Under the pieces are notes generated by a model that saw nothing but the letters and a program-made list of their open reading frames with translations, was not told the origin of the DNA and made no database searches. This document shows, in pieces, positions 40,038 to 54,508 of a DNA stretch of 64,000 bases. Source of the DNA: the human T2T-CHM13v2.0 reference genome, Homo sapiens; the NCBI RefSeq assembly GCF_009914755.1, contig NC_060945.1. One strand, given 5' to 3'. A program made the position numbers and the translations under genes. Each line of letters starts with the position of its first letter. The first letter of the stretch is position 1.

Positions 40038-40948
40038 AAAACAGAGGTATCAAAATAGCTACGTTGAGGAAACTCAGAGAAATTCAACATAACATAGAGA
40101 AGAAATTCAGAATTCTGGCAGATAACTTTAGCAAGGATATTGAAATTATTACGAAGAATTGAGCAGAAATTCTAGAGATGAAAATGCATTTGACATAATG
40201 AAGAATGCATCAAAGTCACTTAATAGCAGAACTGATGAAGCAGAAAAAGGAATTAGTGATCTTGAAAACAGGCTATTTGAAAATACAGTGAGAAAAGACA
40301 AAAGAAAAAAATGAAAAACAGTAAAGTTCACATAGAAGATCTAGAAAATAGCCTTAAAAGGGCAAACCTAAGAATGACTGGCCATAAAGAGGAGGTAGAA
40401 AAAGAGATATGGGCAGAAAGCTTATTGAGAGGGATAATATCAGATAACTTCCCAAACCTAGAGAAAGATATCAATATCGATGTAAGAGATACCAAGCAGA
40501 TTTAACCCAAAGAAGACTACCTGAAGGCATTTAATAATCAAACTCCCAGACCTCAAAGATAAAGAAAGGACCGTAAAAGCAGCAAGAGAAAAGAAACAAA
40601 TAACATACAATGGTGGTCCAAAGTCCATTTGGCAGCAGGCTTTTCACTGGAAACTTATGGCATGATATATTTAAAGTGCTAAAGGGAAAAACTTTTATCT
40701 TTGAAAAGTACAACCAGTGAAAATATCCTTTAAACATTAAGAAGAAATAAAGATCTTCTCAGACAATCAGCAGCTGAGGGATTTCATCACCACCAGACAC
40801 TGCCCATAAGAACTGCTAAAGGGAGTACTTCAATCTGAAAGAAATGAGCATTCATGAACAATAAGAAATAATCTGAAGATAATATACAAAAAATACTCCA
40901 CGGAATATTATAGCACTATAATTGTGGTGTGTAAAATAACTTTATCTT

Positions 40949-41255
40949 TTGTTTTGTTTGTTTTGTTTTTGAGACAGATTCTCACTCACTCTGTTGCCCA
41001 GGCTGGAGTGCAGTGACGCACCTCAGCTCGCTGTAACCTCTGCCTCCCAGCTTCAAAGTATTATCCTGCCTAAGCCTCCCTAGTAGCTGGGATTACAGGC
41101 CTGTGCCACCATGCCCAGCTAATTTTTGTATTTTTATTAGAGACAGGGTTTCATCATGTTGGCCTGGCAGGTCTCGAACCCCTGACCTCAAGTGATCCAC
41201 CCACCTCAGCCTCCCAAAGTGCTAGGATTACAGGCATGAGCTGCCATGCCTGGCC
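40949..41255 (-). mobile_element. AluSz/Sx-like, inserted in the L1 inter-ORF region
   Basis: TSD tgtaaaataactttatctt (40930-40948) / tgtaaaatgaccttatctt (41256-41274). Confidence 0.97.
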
Positions 41256-44200
41256 TGTAAAATGACCTTATCTTAAGTAGAAGAGTAATAATAAACCAAT
41301 TAAAAATAATAGCTGCACAACTTTTTGAGATATACACAGTACAGTAAGACATATAGAGAAACAACAAAAAGTTAAAACGCAAGCATACAAAGTTAAAGTG
41401 TAGGGTTTATATTAATTTTCCTTCAGTTTATTTCTTTTATGCCATCAGTGTTAAGTTGTCAATTTAAAATAATGGGTTATAAGATAGTATTCACAAGGCT
41501 TATGGTAACCTCAAATTGAAAACATATAACAGACACACCAAAAATAAAAAGCAAGAAATTAAAGGATACCATCAGAGAAAATCACCTTCACTAAAAGGAA
41601 GATGGGAAGGAAGAAAAGAAGAAAGAGAAGGTCACAGAGCAACCAGAAAATAAATAACAAAATGGCAGAAGTAAATCCTTACTTATCAAGAATAACATTG
41701 AATGTAAATGAACTAAAATCTCAAATCAAAAGACATAGAGTAGCTAAATGGGTAAGAAAAAAAAGAAAGCAATGCCCAATGATCTGTTGCATACAAGAAA
41801 CACACTTCACTTATACAGATACACATAGACTGAAAATAAAGGGATGGAAAAAGATATGCCATGCCAATGGAAACCAAAGAAGAGCAGGAGTAGCTCTATG
41901 TATATTAGATGAAATAGATTTCAAGACAAAAATGTAGGAAGAGACAAAGAAGGTCATTATATAATGATACATAGGTAATTCAACAAGAGGATATAACTAT
42001 TTTAAATATATATATGCACCCAACGCTGGAGATCCACACATATAAAGCAAATATTATTATAATTAAAGAGAGTAACAGATCTCACTACAATAATATCTAG
42101 AGATATCAATACCCCACTTTCAGCATTTGACAGATCTTCTAGACCGAAAATCAACAAAGAAACATTGGACTTAATCTGTACTATGAACAAATGAACTTAA
42201 TAGACATTAACAGGACATTTCAGCCAATGGCTGCAGAATACACATTCTTTTCCTCAGCACATGAATTATTGTCAAGGAGAGATCATATATTAGGTCAATA
42301 AACAAGTCTTAAAATATTTGAAAAAAAAAAATGAAATAATACCAAGCATCTTCTCTGACCACAATGGAATAAAACTAGAAATGAATAACAAGGGGAATTT
42401 TAAAAACTATATATAAACAGTGGAAATTAAACAATATGCTCCTGAATGACTAGTGGGTCAATGAAGAAATTAAGAAGAAAATTGAAAAATTTCTGGGAAC
42501 AAATGACAATGGGAACACAACATACCAAAACCTACGGGAAAAAGTGAAAGCAGTACTAAGAGGGAAATGTATTGCTAGTTATAACTGCTTACATCAAAAA
42601 AGAAAAAAAAAATCAAATAACCTAACGATGAGTTTTAAAGAACTAGAAAAGCAAGAGCAAACCAAACACCAAATTAGTAGAATCAATGAAATAATAAAGA
42701 CGAGAGCAGAAACAAACATATTTGAAATAAAAAACAATACAAAATTTAATGAAGTGAAAAGTTGTTTTTTGAAAATATAAATAAAACTGGCAAATCTTTA
42801 GTCAGACTAATTAAGAAAAAGAGAGAGAGAGAGAGAAGACCCAAATAAATAAAATCAGAGATGAAGAAGGGGGCATTATAACTGACATTGCAAAAAGTCA
42901 AAGGAACATTAGTGGCTACTGTTAGCAACTTTGTGCAAACAAATTAAAAAACCTAGATGAAATAGATAAATTCCTAGAAACATGCAACCTACCAGGATCA
43001 AGCCATGAAGAAATTCAGAACCTGAGCAGACCAAGAACAAGTAATGAGATTGAAGCCATAATAAAAAAGCTCCCAGTAAAGAAAAGGCCAGGATCTGATA
43101 CCTTCACTGCTGTATTCTACAAAAGATTTAAATAACTAATACCAATGCTACCCAAGCTGTTCCAAAAAATAGAGGGTGAAGGAACACTTCCAGTATTTCT
43201 TATTCTACAAGGCCACTATTATCCTGATACGAAAGCCAGACAAGGACATATTAAGAAAAAAAATTACAAGCCAATATCACTGATGAATATAGATGTAAAT
43301 ATCATCAGCATAATACTAGCAAACTAACTTAAACAGTACATTTAAAAGGTCATCCATCATGACCAGTGAGATTTATCCCAGGGATGCTAAGATGGTTCAA
43401 CATACACAAATCAATCAATGTGATACATCATATCAATAGATGGAAGAACAAAAAGCATATGATAATTTCAACTGATGCTGAAAAGCCATTTGATAAAATT
43501 CAACATTCCTTCATGATAAAAAAAAAAAAACTTTAAAAACTGGGTATAGAAGGATCATATTTCAACATAATTAAAGCCATATATGATGGAACGACAGCTA
43601 GTACCATTCTGAATGGTGAAAAACTGAAAGCCTTTTCTCTAAGATCTGTAACATGACAAGGATGCTAACTGTCACCATTGTTATTCAATGTAGTATTGGA
43701 AGTCCTAGCTAGAGCAATCAAACAAGAGAAATAAATAAAGGACATCCAAATTGAACTGCAAGAAGTCAAATTATCCTTATTTGCAGATGATATTATCTTA
43801 CATTTGGAAAAACCTAGAGACTCCACCAAAAATCTATTAGAATTGATAAACATATTCAGTAAAGTTGCAGAGTACAAAATCAATATACAAATGTCAGTGA
43901 CATTTTTATATGCCAACAATGAACAATCAGAAAAAGAAATGAAGAAAGTAATCTCATTTACAATAGATACAAATAAAATAAAAGACCTAGGTATTAACCA
44001 AAGAAGTGAAAGATCTCTATAATCAAAATTACAGAACACTGATGAAAACAATTGAAGAGGACACAAAAAGGGAGGTATTCTCTGTTTATAGATTGCAAGA
44101 ATCAATATCATTAAAATGTCCATATTACAAAGCAATATACAGATTCAATTCAAATTCCTATCAAAATATAAATGACATTCTTCAAAGACATAGAAAAAAA

Positions 44201-45375
44201 TGGTAAAATTTATATGGAAACTCAAAAGACCCAAGATATCAAAAGCTATCCTGAGCAAACAGAACAAAACTGGAGGAATCACATTACCTGACTCCAAATT
44301 CTACTACAGAGCTATAGTAACCAAAACAGCATGGCGTTAACATAAAAACAGACACACAGGTGAATGGAACAGAAGAGAGAACCCAGAAACAAATCCATAC
44401 ACCTATGGTGAATTCATTTTTAATAAATGTGCCAAGAACATTCATTGGAGAAAAGACAGTCTCTTCAATAAATGGTGCTGGGAAAACTGGGTATGCATAT
44501 GTAGAAAAATGAAATTTGACCTCTATCACTTGCCATGTACAAAGAACAAGTCAAAATGGATTAAAGACTTAAAAGTGAGACCTCAAACTATGAAACTACT
44601 ACAATAAATCATTGGAGGAAATATCCAGGACATTGGTCTGGGCCAAAATTTCTTGAGAAATACCCCACAATCACAGGCAACGAAAGCAAAAATGGACAAA
44701 TGGGATCACATTCAGTTAAAAAACATTCTGCATTGCAAAGAAAAACGTCAACAAAGTGAAGAGCTAACCCGCAGAATGGGAAAAAATATTTGCAAATTAT
44801 CCATCTGACAAAAGACTAATAAGCAGAATATATAAGTAGCTCAAATAACTCTCTAGGAAAACCTAATAACCCCATTAAAGCTTATTTCTTGCATATTTAA
44901 TGATAAATTTAACTTACATGAACAAATAAAGTTTAAACCTTGCTTAATAATATGGTAGTAATGATAGTAACATATTTGTGAGATAAAATTCTATTTATTT
45001 TTGTTTTTATCTGATAATGTAACATTGTATCCCTATCAGGCATGAAATACTCTGATAATTTTTCATCAGACTCCAGATAGTACCTGTAGTTCTAACCCTG
45101 ACCTACAAGACTGCAAGACTGTAGTCCCAGGCAACCTCTCAGATCTCTACGCTCCCTCATTCAATGCTGGCCACACAGGTCTTCGTGTCAGACCAGCCTC
45201 CACGCTGAGGCCCATCATAGGTTTCAATTCCTCAGCCAGAAAAATCATCCTTCAGAATCAATTACACAGTTCCCTCTCTTCCTGAGTACTCTAATTCTCC
45301 CCTGACCTTTGCTGAAACTTTCCCTAAAATTTATCCCATCCTTCTCTACTCTCTGTTTTATGTCAGCATAGTTGC

Positions 45376-45752
45376 TGTAGCATTCCATTCTCACACTGCT
45401 ATGAAGAACTACCTGAGCCTGGGTAACTTAAAATGAAAAGAGGTTTAATTGGCTCATGGTTTCACAGGCTGTACAGGAAGCATGGCTGGGGAGGCCTCAG
45501 GAAACCTTCAAACATGGCAGAAGACAAAGGGAGACCAGCACATCCTACAGAGCTGGAGCAGGAGGAAGAGGGCAAAGTAGGAGGTGCTACACAGTTTTAA
45601 ACAACAAGATCTCATGAGAACTCACTATATCAAGAACACCAAGGGAATATCCACCCTGGTAATCCAATTACCTCCCACCAGGCCCCTCCACCGACATTGG
45701 AGATTACAATTTAACATAATATTTGGCAGGGACAGAAATCCAAACCATAACA
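45376..45752 (-). mobile_element. MSTA-like solo LTR
   Basis: ccattctcacactgctatgaagaactacctgag...gacagaaatccaaaccataaca; near-TSD gttgc/gtggc. Confidence 0.92.
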
Positions 45753-45818
45753 GTGGCTCATCACTAACTGTTCATATTCTATGTTTATTTTTACTCTTTC
45801 TCCTAGTCACTGAAATGC

Positions 45819-45820
<2 letters not shown>

Positions 45821-45853
<33 letters not shown>
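45821..45853. repeat. (CA)n microsatellite
   Basis: Seen directly. Confidence 0.95.
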
Positions 45854-45858
<5 letters not shown>

Positions 45859-46129
45859 ATCTTTAAAATCAGCTTCAAATCAGAACTCTAACTGTCCAGT
45901 GAGAAAAATGAAATACACAAATTAGTATCATCTCAGCATCACTCTACCACGTTGATTACACTGAGATTGTTTTCTTTTCCTCTTGTCTTCTTCTCTTCTC
46001 GTCTTTCTTTTTTTCTGTGGGACCACTGTCTTCCCTTAGCTTCTGTTACAATTCTTTTAGGACTCTGTGAGTGCTTCTTTGGCACCGTTAAATCTTGGGA
46101 TCTATGTTCAAAAGGGTCCAGAATCTAAT

Positions 46130-46826
46130 AATATTACACCATTTTTCCTGCTAACATTCTGGTACAAACCACTATCATCTGTCAGCTGAATAACATTACC
46201 TTAAGCATTTTTCCTTCTGCAATCTACGCAAACTACAGTCTATCTCAACAGAACAGGCAATGTAAACTTTTATAAATATAAGTCAGCTCAGGTAACTGTT
46301 TGGCTCAGAATGGCTTCCCTGTTCACTCAAATTAAGAGCCCAAATCCTTGCTACGACCTGTGTACTTGGCCTAAGTCATTGTTTATTCTCAGATCTCATC
46401 TGCTTTTCTCCTACTTGCTCTGTCCACTATAAACACACATTTCCAGGTATTCTTCAGTCTAAGGCTTCTGAACCTACTGTTTTTTTCTCCCCCCAATATT
46501 CACATTGTTAGATGTCACACCTGCTTCAGAACTTTTCTCAAGTATTACCTTCTCAGCCAGGGTTTCCCTAACCCTTATTTTAAAAATTATAACCTCTCCT
46601 CTCCTCCTGACACTAAGTACTCTATTCCCTTTTCCTGCTTTATTTTTCTTTCTCACATATACCACCTTCTAACATTTACTGTATCTTACCTTTTTATAAG
46701 AGGTAAGCTTCATAAGGTAAATTTGTGTTGTTTATAGTTCTAGTACCAGGACATACAACAAAGCCTGGAATATAGGAAGTGTTCAATAAATACTTTTTGG
46801 ATAAATGAATGAACAAATAAATGAAT
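46130..46826 (+). mobile_element. L2 3' fragment
   Basis: Ends gcctggaatataggaagtgttcaataaatactttttggataaatgaatgaa, the typical L2 tail. Confidence 0.8.
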
Positions 46827-47397
46827 ACCCAGAAACAAGGAAATTGAAGACATAAGAGGAAAAGCCCTCTATTAAATAAAAGTTTGAACTGTACCCAAAT
46901 AAATCATACATTTATTGGTGGGAAAATTGGTTGCTTTATAATTAAGTTTAATATATCCTGTGTATTATAATCACAATTTTATTTGAAATGGATATTTTAA
47001 TTTAACTCAAGTTGTTGTAAGCTAAATGGCTCATGTGCTCCTCATTAGGAGATGAAATTTCATCAGTTTTCTCAAAAGTTTTGCTTTCCTTACCTGATCC
47101 ACTTAGTAATCAGTTAGGCAATTAAGACAATTAATTGAGAAGTGGGTAAAAAAATACTAACAATATGACTTTTGTGTGCGTGTGTGTGTGTGTGTGGTAG
47201 AAAATCCTGATTATTGACAATGGAAAACTACCTAGAAAATTAGGAAAAATCTATCTAGGCATTTACATAACAGAAAGTCATGTCCTTTTTCAAGCCAGTA
47301 CTTTACAAGGAATACCTTAAATTTATCCAAACTCATACAGTCCCAAACTAAAAGTCATGACTCAGGGTTCTAGTGCTGACTCTACTATCGAGGTGGC

Positions 47398-47809
47398 TGA
47401 CATAGTTTGTATGTTTGTCATCTCCAGCTTTCCTGTTGAGATGTGATCCCCAGTGTTGGAGGTGGGACCTAGTGGGAGGTGTTTTTGTCATGGGGGTGGA
47501 TATGCCATGAATGGCTTGGTATTGTCCCTTAGTAATGAGTAAATTCTCCCTCTATCAATTTCCATGAGATCTTGTGGTTAAGAGAGAGGCACCTTCTTCC
47601 CCTTTTTTGCTGTCTCTCAGTATGTTACAAGCAAGCTTCGCTTGGCTTCCACTATGAGTAAATGCTTCCTGAGGTCCTGACCAGAATCAGATGTTGGTGC
47701 CATGCTTCTTGTACAGCCTGCAAAACCATAAGCCAAATAAACCTCTTTTTCGTTATAAATTACCCAGCCTCAGGTATTTCTTCATAGCAAAGGGAAATGA
47801 ACTAATACA
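47398..47809 (+). mobile_element. MSTB-like solo LTR
   Basis: tgacatagtttgtatgtttgtc...gaactaataca; perfect TSD GTGGC (47393-47397 / 47810-47814). Confidence 0.93.
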
Positions 47810-50577
47810 GTGGCCATAGCCAAGTATATTGATCAGATTCCATTTAACTATTAATAAATTGTTTGACCAATAAATTATCAGATATATACCATGGGCCAGT
47901 AAATGGATATCTTGCTATAGATTGGGCATTCTATACACTTAATTAAGCAAGGACCATGCTCTTCATATGATAAATTCCTACACTCAATGTTTAGTCCCCT
48001 TGGGCAAAATGAGATACAGAATATAAGCTGTAATAGGAAGAACTACATGGTATATGTTCACATGGACTTTGGAGTCAGGTGAGTCATACTGTTTGTCCCA
48101 ACTTACTCTCTTTTAATTGTGCAATAGGAAAGTCCCTTTATATTTTTTTGCAGAAAATTTTGTTATGTTTAAATGTGAATAATTGTATCTATTTCATATT
48201 AGTCTTTTACATAATAAATATATGCAGAACACTTATAGTGCCAGAGAAAATAAATACCCAATGTATGGTATAGCTACAGCCCTGATCCCATTCCTCCTGA
48301 GACCTCCCAACAGGGATCTCCAGCCATCTAATCCAGGCACATTCAGGTCAGCAACAGATCAGTACCCCTCTGGGACAGAGAGCTTCCAGAGGAAGGAGTA
48401 GGCTGCCATATTTGCCATTTCACAGCCTTCACTGGTGATACCTCCAGGTAGGGAAAAATTCGAGGCAACTAGGCTCTGGAGTGGACCTTCAGCAAACCAT
48501 AGCAGCCTTATAGAAGAGTGGCCTGACTGTTAAAAGAAAAACAAACAAACAGAAAACAAAAACAGCATCAACAAAAAATACTCCACAAAAACCCTATTCA
48601 AAGGTCAGTAACCTCAAAGATCAAAGGTAAGTAAGTCCACAAAGATGAGAAAGAATCAACACAAAACAACAAAAACTCAAAAAGCCAGAATGCCTTTTAT
48701 CCTCTAAATGCCTACAACACCTCTTCAGCAAAAATACAGAATTGGGCAGAGGCTGAGATAGCTGAATTGACAGAATTAGGCTTCTGAAGGTGGGTAATAA
48801 CAAAGTTCACTGAGCTAAAGGAGCATGTTGTAATCCAATACAAAGAAGCTAAGAATCATAATAAAACAATACAGGAGCAGATAGCCATAATAGCCAGTTT
48901 AAAGAGGGACATAACCAACCTGATGGAGATGAAAAACACAACATGGGAAATTCACAATTCAATCACAAGTATCAATAGCAGATTAGAACAAGCAGAGGAA
49001 AGAATCTCAGAGCTTGAAGACCATCTTTCTGAAATAAGGCAGGCAGACAAGAATAAAGGAAAAAAGAATGAAAAGGAATAAACGAAACTTCTGAGATACA
49101 TGGAATTATGTAAAACGACTGAACCTATGACTGATTGGGGTACCTGAAAGAGAGGGAAAGAACAGAACCAAGTGGGAAAACATACTTCAAAATATCATCC
49201 AGAAGAACTTCCCCAACCTGGCAAGACAGGCTAACATTCAAATTCACGAAATCCAAAGAACCCCAGTAAGATACTCCATGAGAAGATCAACCCCAAGAGA
49301 CATAATCTTCAGATTCTCCAAGGTCGAAATGAAAGAAAAGGTATTACAGGCAGCCAGAGAGAAAGAACAGGTCACCTATAAAGGGAAGCTCATCAGACTA
49401 ACAGTGGACCTCTCAGCAGAAACCCTATGAGCCAGAAGAGAATGGGGGCCAATATTCAACATTCTTTAAAAAAAAAATGTCCAAATCAGAATTCATATCC
49501 AGCCAACCTAAGATGCATAAATGAAGAAAAAAATAAGATCCTTTTCAGGCAAGCAAATACTGAGGGAACTTGTCACCATCAAGCCTGCCTTGTAAGAGCT
49601 CCTGAAGGAAGCACAAAATATGGAAAGGAAAAACCATTACCAGCCACTAAAAAACACACTGAAGCACACAGACCACTGACACTATGAAGCAACCACATAA
49701 ACAAGTCTGCAAAATAACCAGCTAGCATCATGATGACAAGATCAAACTCACACATAACAATATTCACCTTAAATGGGCTGAATGCTCCAATTTAAAGACA
49801 CTGAATGGCAAGCTGGATAAAGAGCCAGACCCATGGGTATGCTGTCTTCAAAAGACCCATCTCATGTGCAAAGACACACATGGGCTCAAAATAAAGGGAT
49901 AGAAGCAAATTAACCAAGCAAATGGAAAACAGAAAAAAAGTAGGAGTTGCAGTCCTAGTTTCTAACAAAACAGACTTTAAACCAACAAAGATCAAAAAAG
50001 ACAAAGAACGGCATTAAATAATGGTAAAGGCTTCAATTCAACAAGAAGAGCTAACTATCATAAATATATGTGCACCTAATACAGGAACATGCCGATTCAC
50101 AAAGCAAGTTATTAGAGACATACAAGAGACTTAGATTTCCACAAAATAATAGTGGGAGACTTTAACACCCCACTGACAATATTAGACAGATCATTGAGAG
50201 ACAGAATTAACAAGTCATTCAGGACCTGAACTAAATTCTGGATCAAGTGGATCTGATAGATATCTACAGAACTCTCCACCGCAAAACAACAGAATATACA
50301 TGCTTCTCATTGCCACATATCACTTACTCTAAAATTGAACACATAGTAGGAAGTAAAATATGCTTCAGAAAAAGCAAAGGAACTGAAATAATAACAAACA
50401 GTCTCTCAGACCACAGCACAATCAAATTATAACTCAAGATTAAGAAATTCACCCAAAACCACATGACAACATGGAAACAGAACAACCTGCTCCTGAATGA
50501 CCCTTGGGTAAATAATGACATTAAGGCAGAAATCAAGAAGTTATTTGAAACTAATGATAACAATAATACAACATACC

Positions 50578-51028
50578 TGTATTAGTCAGGGTTCTCTAGA
50601 GGGGCAGAGCTAATAGGATTAATGTATATATAAAGGTGAGTTTATTAAGGAACATTGACTCACATGATCACAAGGTGAGGTCCCACAATAGGCTGTCTGT
50701 AAGCTGAGAATCAAGGAAGCCAGTCTGAGTCCCAAAGGTGAAGAACTTTGAGTCTCATGTTCGAAGACAGGAAGCATCCACACAGGAGAAAGATGAAGGC
50801 CAGAAGATTAAACCAGTCTAGTCTTTTCATGTTATTCTGCCTGCTTTTATTCTGGCCACACTGACAGCTGATTACACTGTGCCCACCCAGATTGAGGGTG
50901 GGTCTGTCTTTCCAAGTCCACTGACTTAAATGTTAAACTCCTTTGGCAACATCCTCAGAGACACATCCAGGAACAATACTTTGCCTCTTTCAATCCAATC
51001 AAGTTAACACTCAATATTAACCATCACT
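50578..51028 (-). mobile_element. MLT2A1-like (HERVL) solo LTR inserted in L1 ORF2
   Basis: tgtattagtcagggttctctagagg...caatccaatcaagttaacactcaatattaaccatcac; TSD atacc/gtacc; L1 reads through (acatacc|agaatct). Confidence 0.93.
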
Positions 51029-51123
51029 GTACCAGAATCTCTGGGATGCAGCTAAAGCAGTGTTAAAAGGGAAATTTACAGCACTAAATGCCTACATCAA
51101 AAAGCTAGAATGATCTCAAGTTA

Positions 51124-51609
<486 letters not shown>

Positions 51610-52343
51610 TCAAAAAAGTTAATAAACTAGATACACCACTAGCTAGACTAATAAAGTAGAAAAGAGAAAATAATTAAATAAACACAATAATAAATGATAA
51701 GGGGTCTATTACCACTGACTCCAGAGAAATACAAATAACCATCAGAAAATACTATAAACACCTCTTTGCAAATAAACTAGAAAATCTAGAAGAAATAGAA
51801 AAATTCCTGGACACATTCACCCTCTGAAGATCGAGCCAGGAAGAAACTGAATTCCTGAATTGATCAATAACAAGTTCTGAAATTGAAGCCATAATAAGTA
51901 GACGAACCAAAAAAGCCTAGGATGAGACTGATGCACAGCTGAATTCACCAGTGGCACAAAGAAGAGCTGGTACCTTGTATACTGAAACTATTTCAAAAAA
52001 TTGAAAAGGAGGGACTCCTGTCTAACTCATTCTATAAGGCCAACATCATCCTGATACCAAAGCCTGTCAGAGACACAAGAAAAAAAAAGAAAACTTCTGG
52101 CCAGTATCCCTGATGAACATCAATGCAAAAATCCTCAAAAAAATACTGGTAAACCAAATCCAGAAGTACATCAAAGAGCTTATCCACTATGATCAAGTTG
52201 GCTTTATCCCCAGGATGCAAGATTGGTTCAACATATGCAAATCAATAAATGTGATTCATCACATAAACAGAACTAAAGATTAAAAACTACATTATTATCT
52301 CAATAGACGCAGAAGAGGGCTTTGAAAAATTCAACACTCCTTC

Positions 52344-53063
52344 ATGTTAAAAACTCTCAATAAACTAGATATTAAAGGAATATACCTCAAAATAATAAGA
52401 GCCATATATGACAAACCCACAGCCAATATCATACCAAATGAGCAAAAGCAGGAAGCATTTCCCTTAAAAACTGGCACAAGAGAAGGATGCCCTCTCTCTC
52501 CACTTCTATTTTACATAGTATTGGAAGTTCTGGCCAGAGCAATCATGCAAGAGAAAGAAATAAAGGGAATTCATTTAGGAAGAGAGGAAGTCAAACTGTC
52601 TCTGTTTGCAGATGACATGATCCTATATGTAGAAAATCCCATTGTCTTAGCCCAAAAGCTTCTTAAGCTGATAAGCAACATCAGCAAAGTCTCGGGATAC
52701 AAAATCAATTTGCAAAAATTGTTAGCATTTCTATACACCAACAACAGGCAAGCAGAGAGCCAAATCATGAATGAACTCCCATTCACAATTACCACAAAGA
52801 GAATAAAATACCTAGGAATACAACTAAGAAGAGAAGTGAAGGAACTTTTCAATGAGAACTATAAACCATTGCTCAAAGAAATCAGAGAAGACACAAACAA
52901 ATGGAAAAATATTCCATGCTCATGGATAGGAAGAATAAATATCGTGAAAATGGCCACACTGTCCAAAGTAATTTATAGATTAAATGCTATTTCCATTAAA
53001 CTACAATTGACATTCTTCACAGAATTAGAAAAAAAAATTTGTAAAATTTGTACGGAACCATAG
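52344..53063 (+). pseudogene. L1 ORF2p reverse-transcriptase remnant (239-aa open stretch, non-functional)
   Basis: [13 protein letters not shown] and [11 protein letters not shown] motifs; flanking ORF2 is broken by stops, frameshifts, MLT2A1 and Alu insertions. Confidence 0.93.
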
Positions 53064-54476
53064 AAGAGCCGAAATAGCCAAGACAATCTTAAGCAAAAAG
53101 AACAAAGCTAGAAACATCCTGCTATCCAACTTCAAACTATACTACTAGGCTACAGTAACCAAAACAGCATAGTACTGGTACAAGAAAAGACACATAGACC
53201 AATGAAACAGCAATGGGGAAACAATTTCTTATTTGATAAATGGTGCTGAGAGAACTGGCTAGCCATATGCAGAAAATTGAAACTGGACCGCTTCCTTACA
53301 CCATATGAACTAAAGATGATTAAAGACTTAAATATAAAACTCAAAAGTATAAAAACCCTGAAGAAGATCTAGACCATACCATTCAGAGCATAGGCACGGG
53401 CAAAGATTTCATGATGAAAACTCCACAAGAAATTGCAACAAATGCAAAAATTGACAAATGGGATCTAATTAAACTAAAGACCATCCACACAGCAAAAGAA
53501 ACTATCATCAGGGTGAACAGACAACCTACAGAATGAGAGAAAATTTTTGTAATCTGTCTATCTGACAAAGGTCTAATATACAGAGTCTACAGGAAACTTA
53601 AACAAATGTACAAGAAAAAAACAAACAAACCCATTAAAAAGTGGGCAAATGATATGGACAGACATACATGTGGCCAACAAACATATGAAAAAAAGCTCAA
53701 CATCACTGACCATTAGAGATATGCAAATCAAAACCACAGGGAGATACCATCTCACACAAGTTAGAATGGCCATTATTAAAAGTCAAGAAACAACAGACGC
53801 TGGCAAGGTTGCAGAGGAAAAGGAACACTTTTACACTGATGGTAGGAGCACACATTAGTTCAAACCATTGTGGAAGATAGTGTGGCAATTCCTTAAAGTC
53901 CTAGATGCAGAAATACCATTTGACCCAGCAATCCCATTATTGGGTATATACCCAAAGGGATATAAATCATTGTATTATAAAGACACAGGCACATGTATGT
54001 CCATTGAGCACTATTCACAATAGCAAAGACATGGAATCAACCTAAATGCCCATCAATGATAGACTCGATAAAGAAAATGTGGTACAATGCACCGTGGAAC
54101 ACTTTGCAGCCATAAAAAGAATGAGATAAAGAGATCATATTCTTTGCATGAACATGCATGGTGTTGGAAGCCATTATCCTCAAAAAACTAACGCAGGAAC
54201 AGAAAACCAAACTTTGTATGTTTGCACTTATAAGTGCGAGCTGAATGATGAGAACACACAGACACATGGGTGGTGGGGACAACACACACTGGGGCCTGTC
54301 AGAGGGTGGGAATGGGGGTAGGGAGAGCATCAGGAAGAATAGCTAATGGATGCTGGTCTTAACACCTAGGTGATGGAATGAACTGTGCGGCAAATCACCA
54401 AGGCACACCTACACCTATGTAACAAACCTGCACATCCTGCACATGCACCCCTGAACTTAAAATAATAGTTGAAAAA

Positions 54477-54477
54477 G

Positions 54478-54506
<29 letters not shown>
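54477..54506. repeat. (TA)n microsatellite at the L1 tail
   Basis: Seen directly. Confidence 0.95.

Positions 54507-54508
<2 letters not shown>

Larger units (their letters stand above)
37625..44880 (+). mobile_element. Near full-length L1MA1-3-like element (5'UTR, ORF1, ORF2), lacking its 3' end
   Basis: 5' start gcaagatggctgaatagaagc; ORF1 remnant ~40060-40880 (LENSLKRANLR, NFPNLEKDINI); ORF2 EN start ~41660 (ITLNVNELKSQIKRHR, CCIQETH); RT motif ttatttgcagatgat at ~43780; stops abruptly at ~44880. Confidence 0.92.

Noticed and set aside
52344-53063. Longest ORF (239 aa) with an RT motif as a functional gene or novel RT system
   Set aside because: It is a fragment of L1 ORF2p inside a degenerate L1 disrupted by stops, frameshifts and nested insertions.
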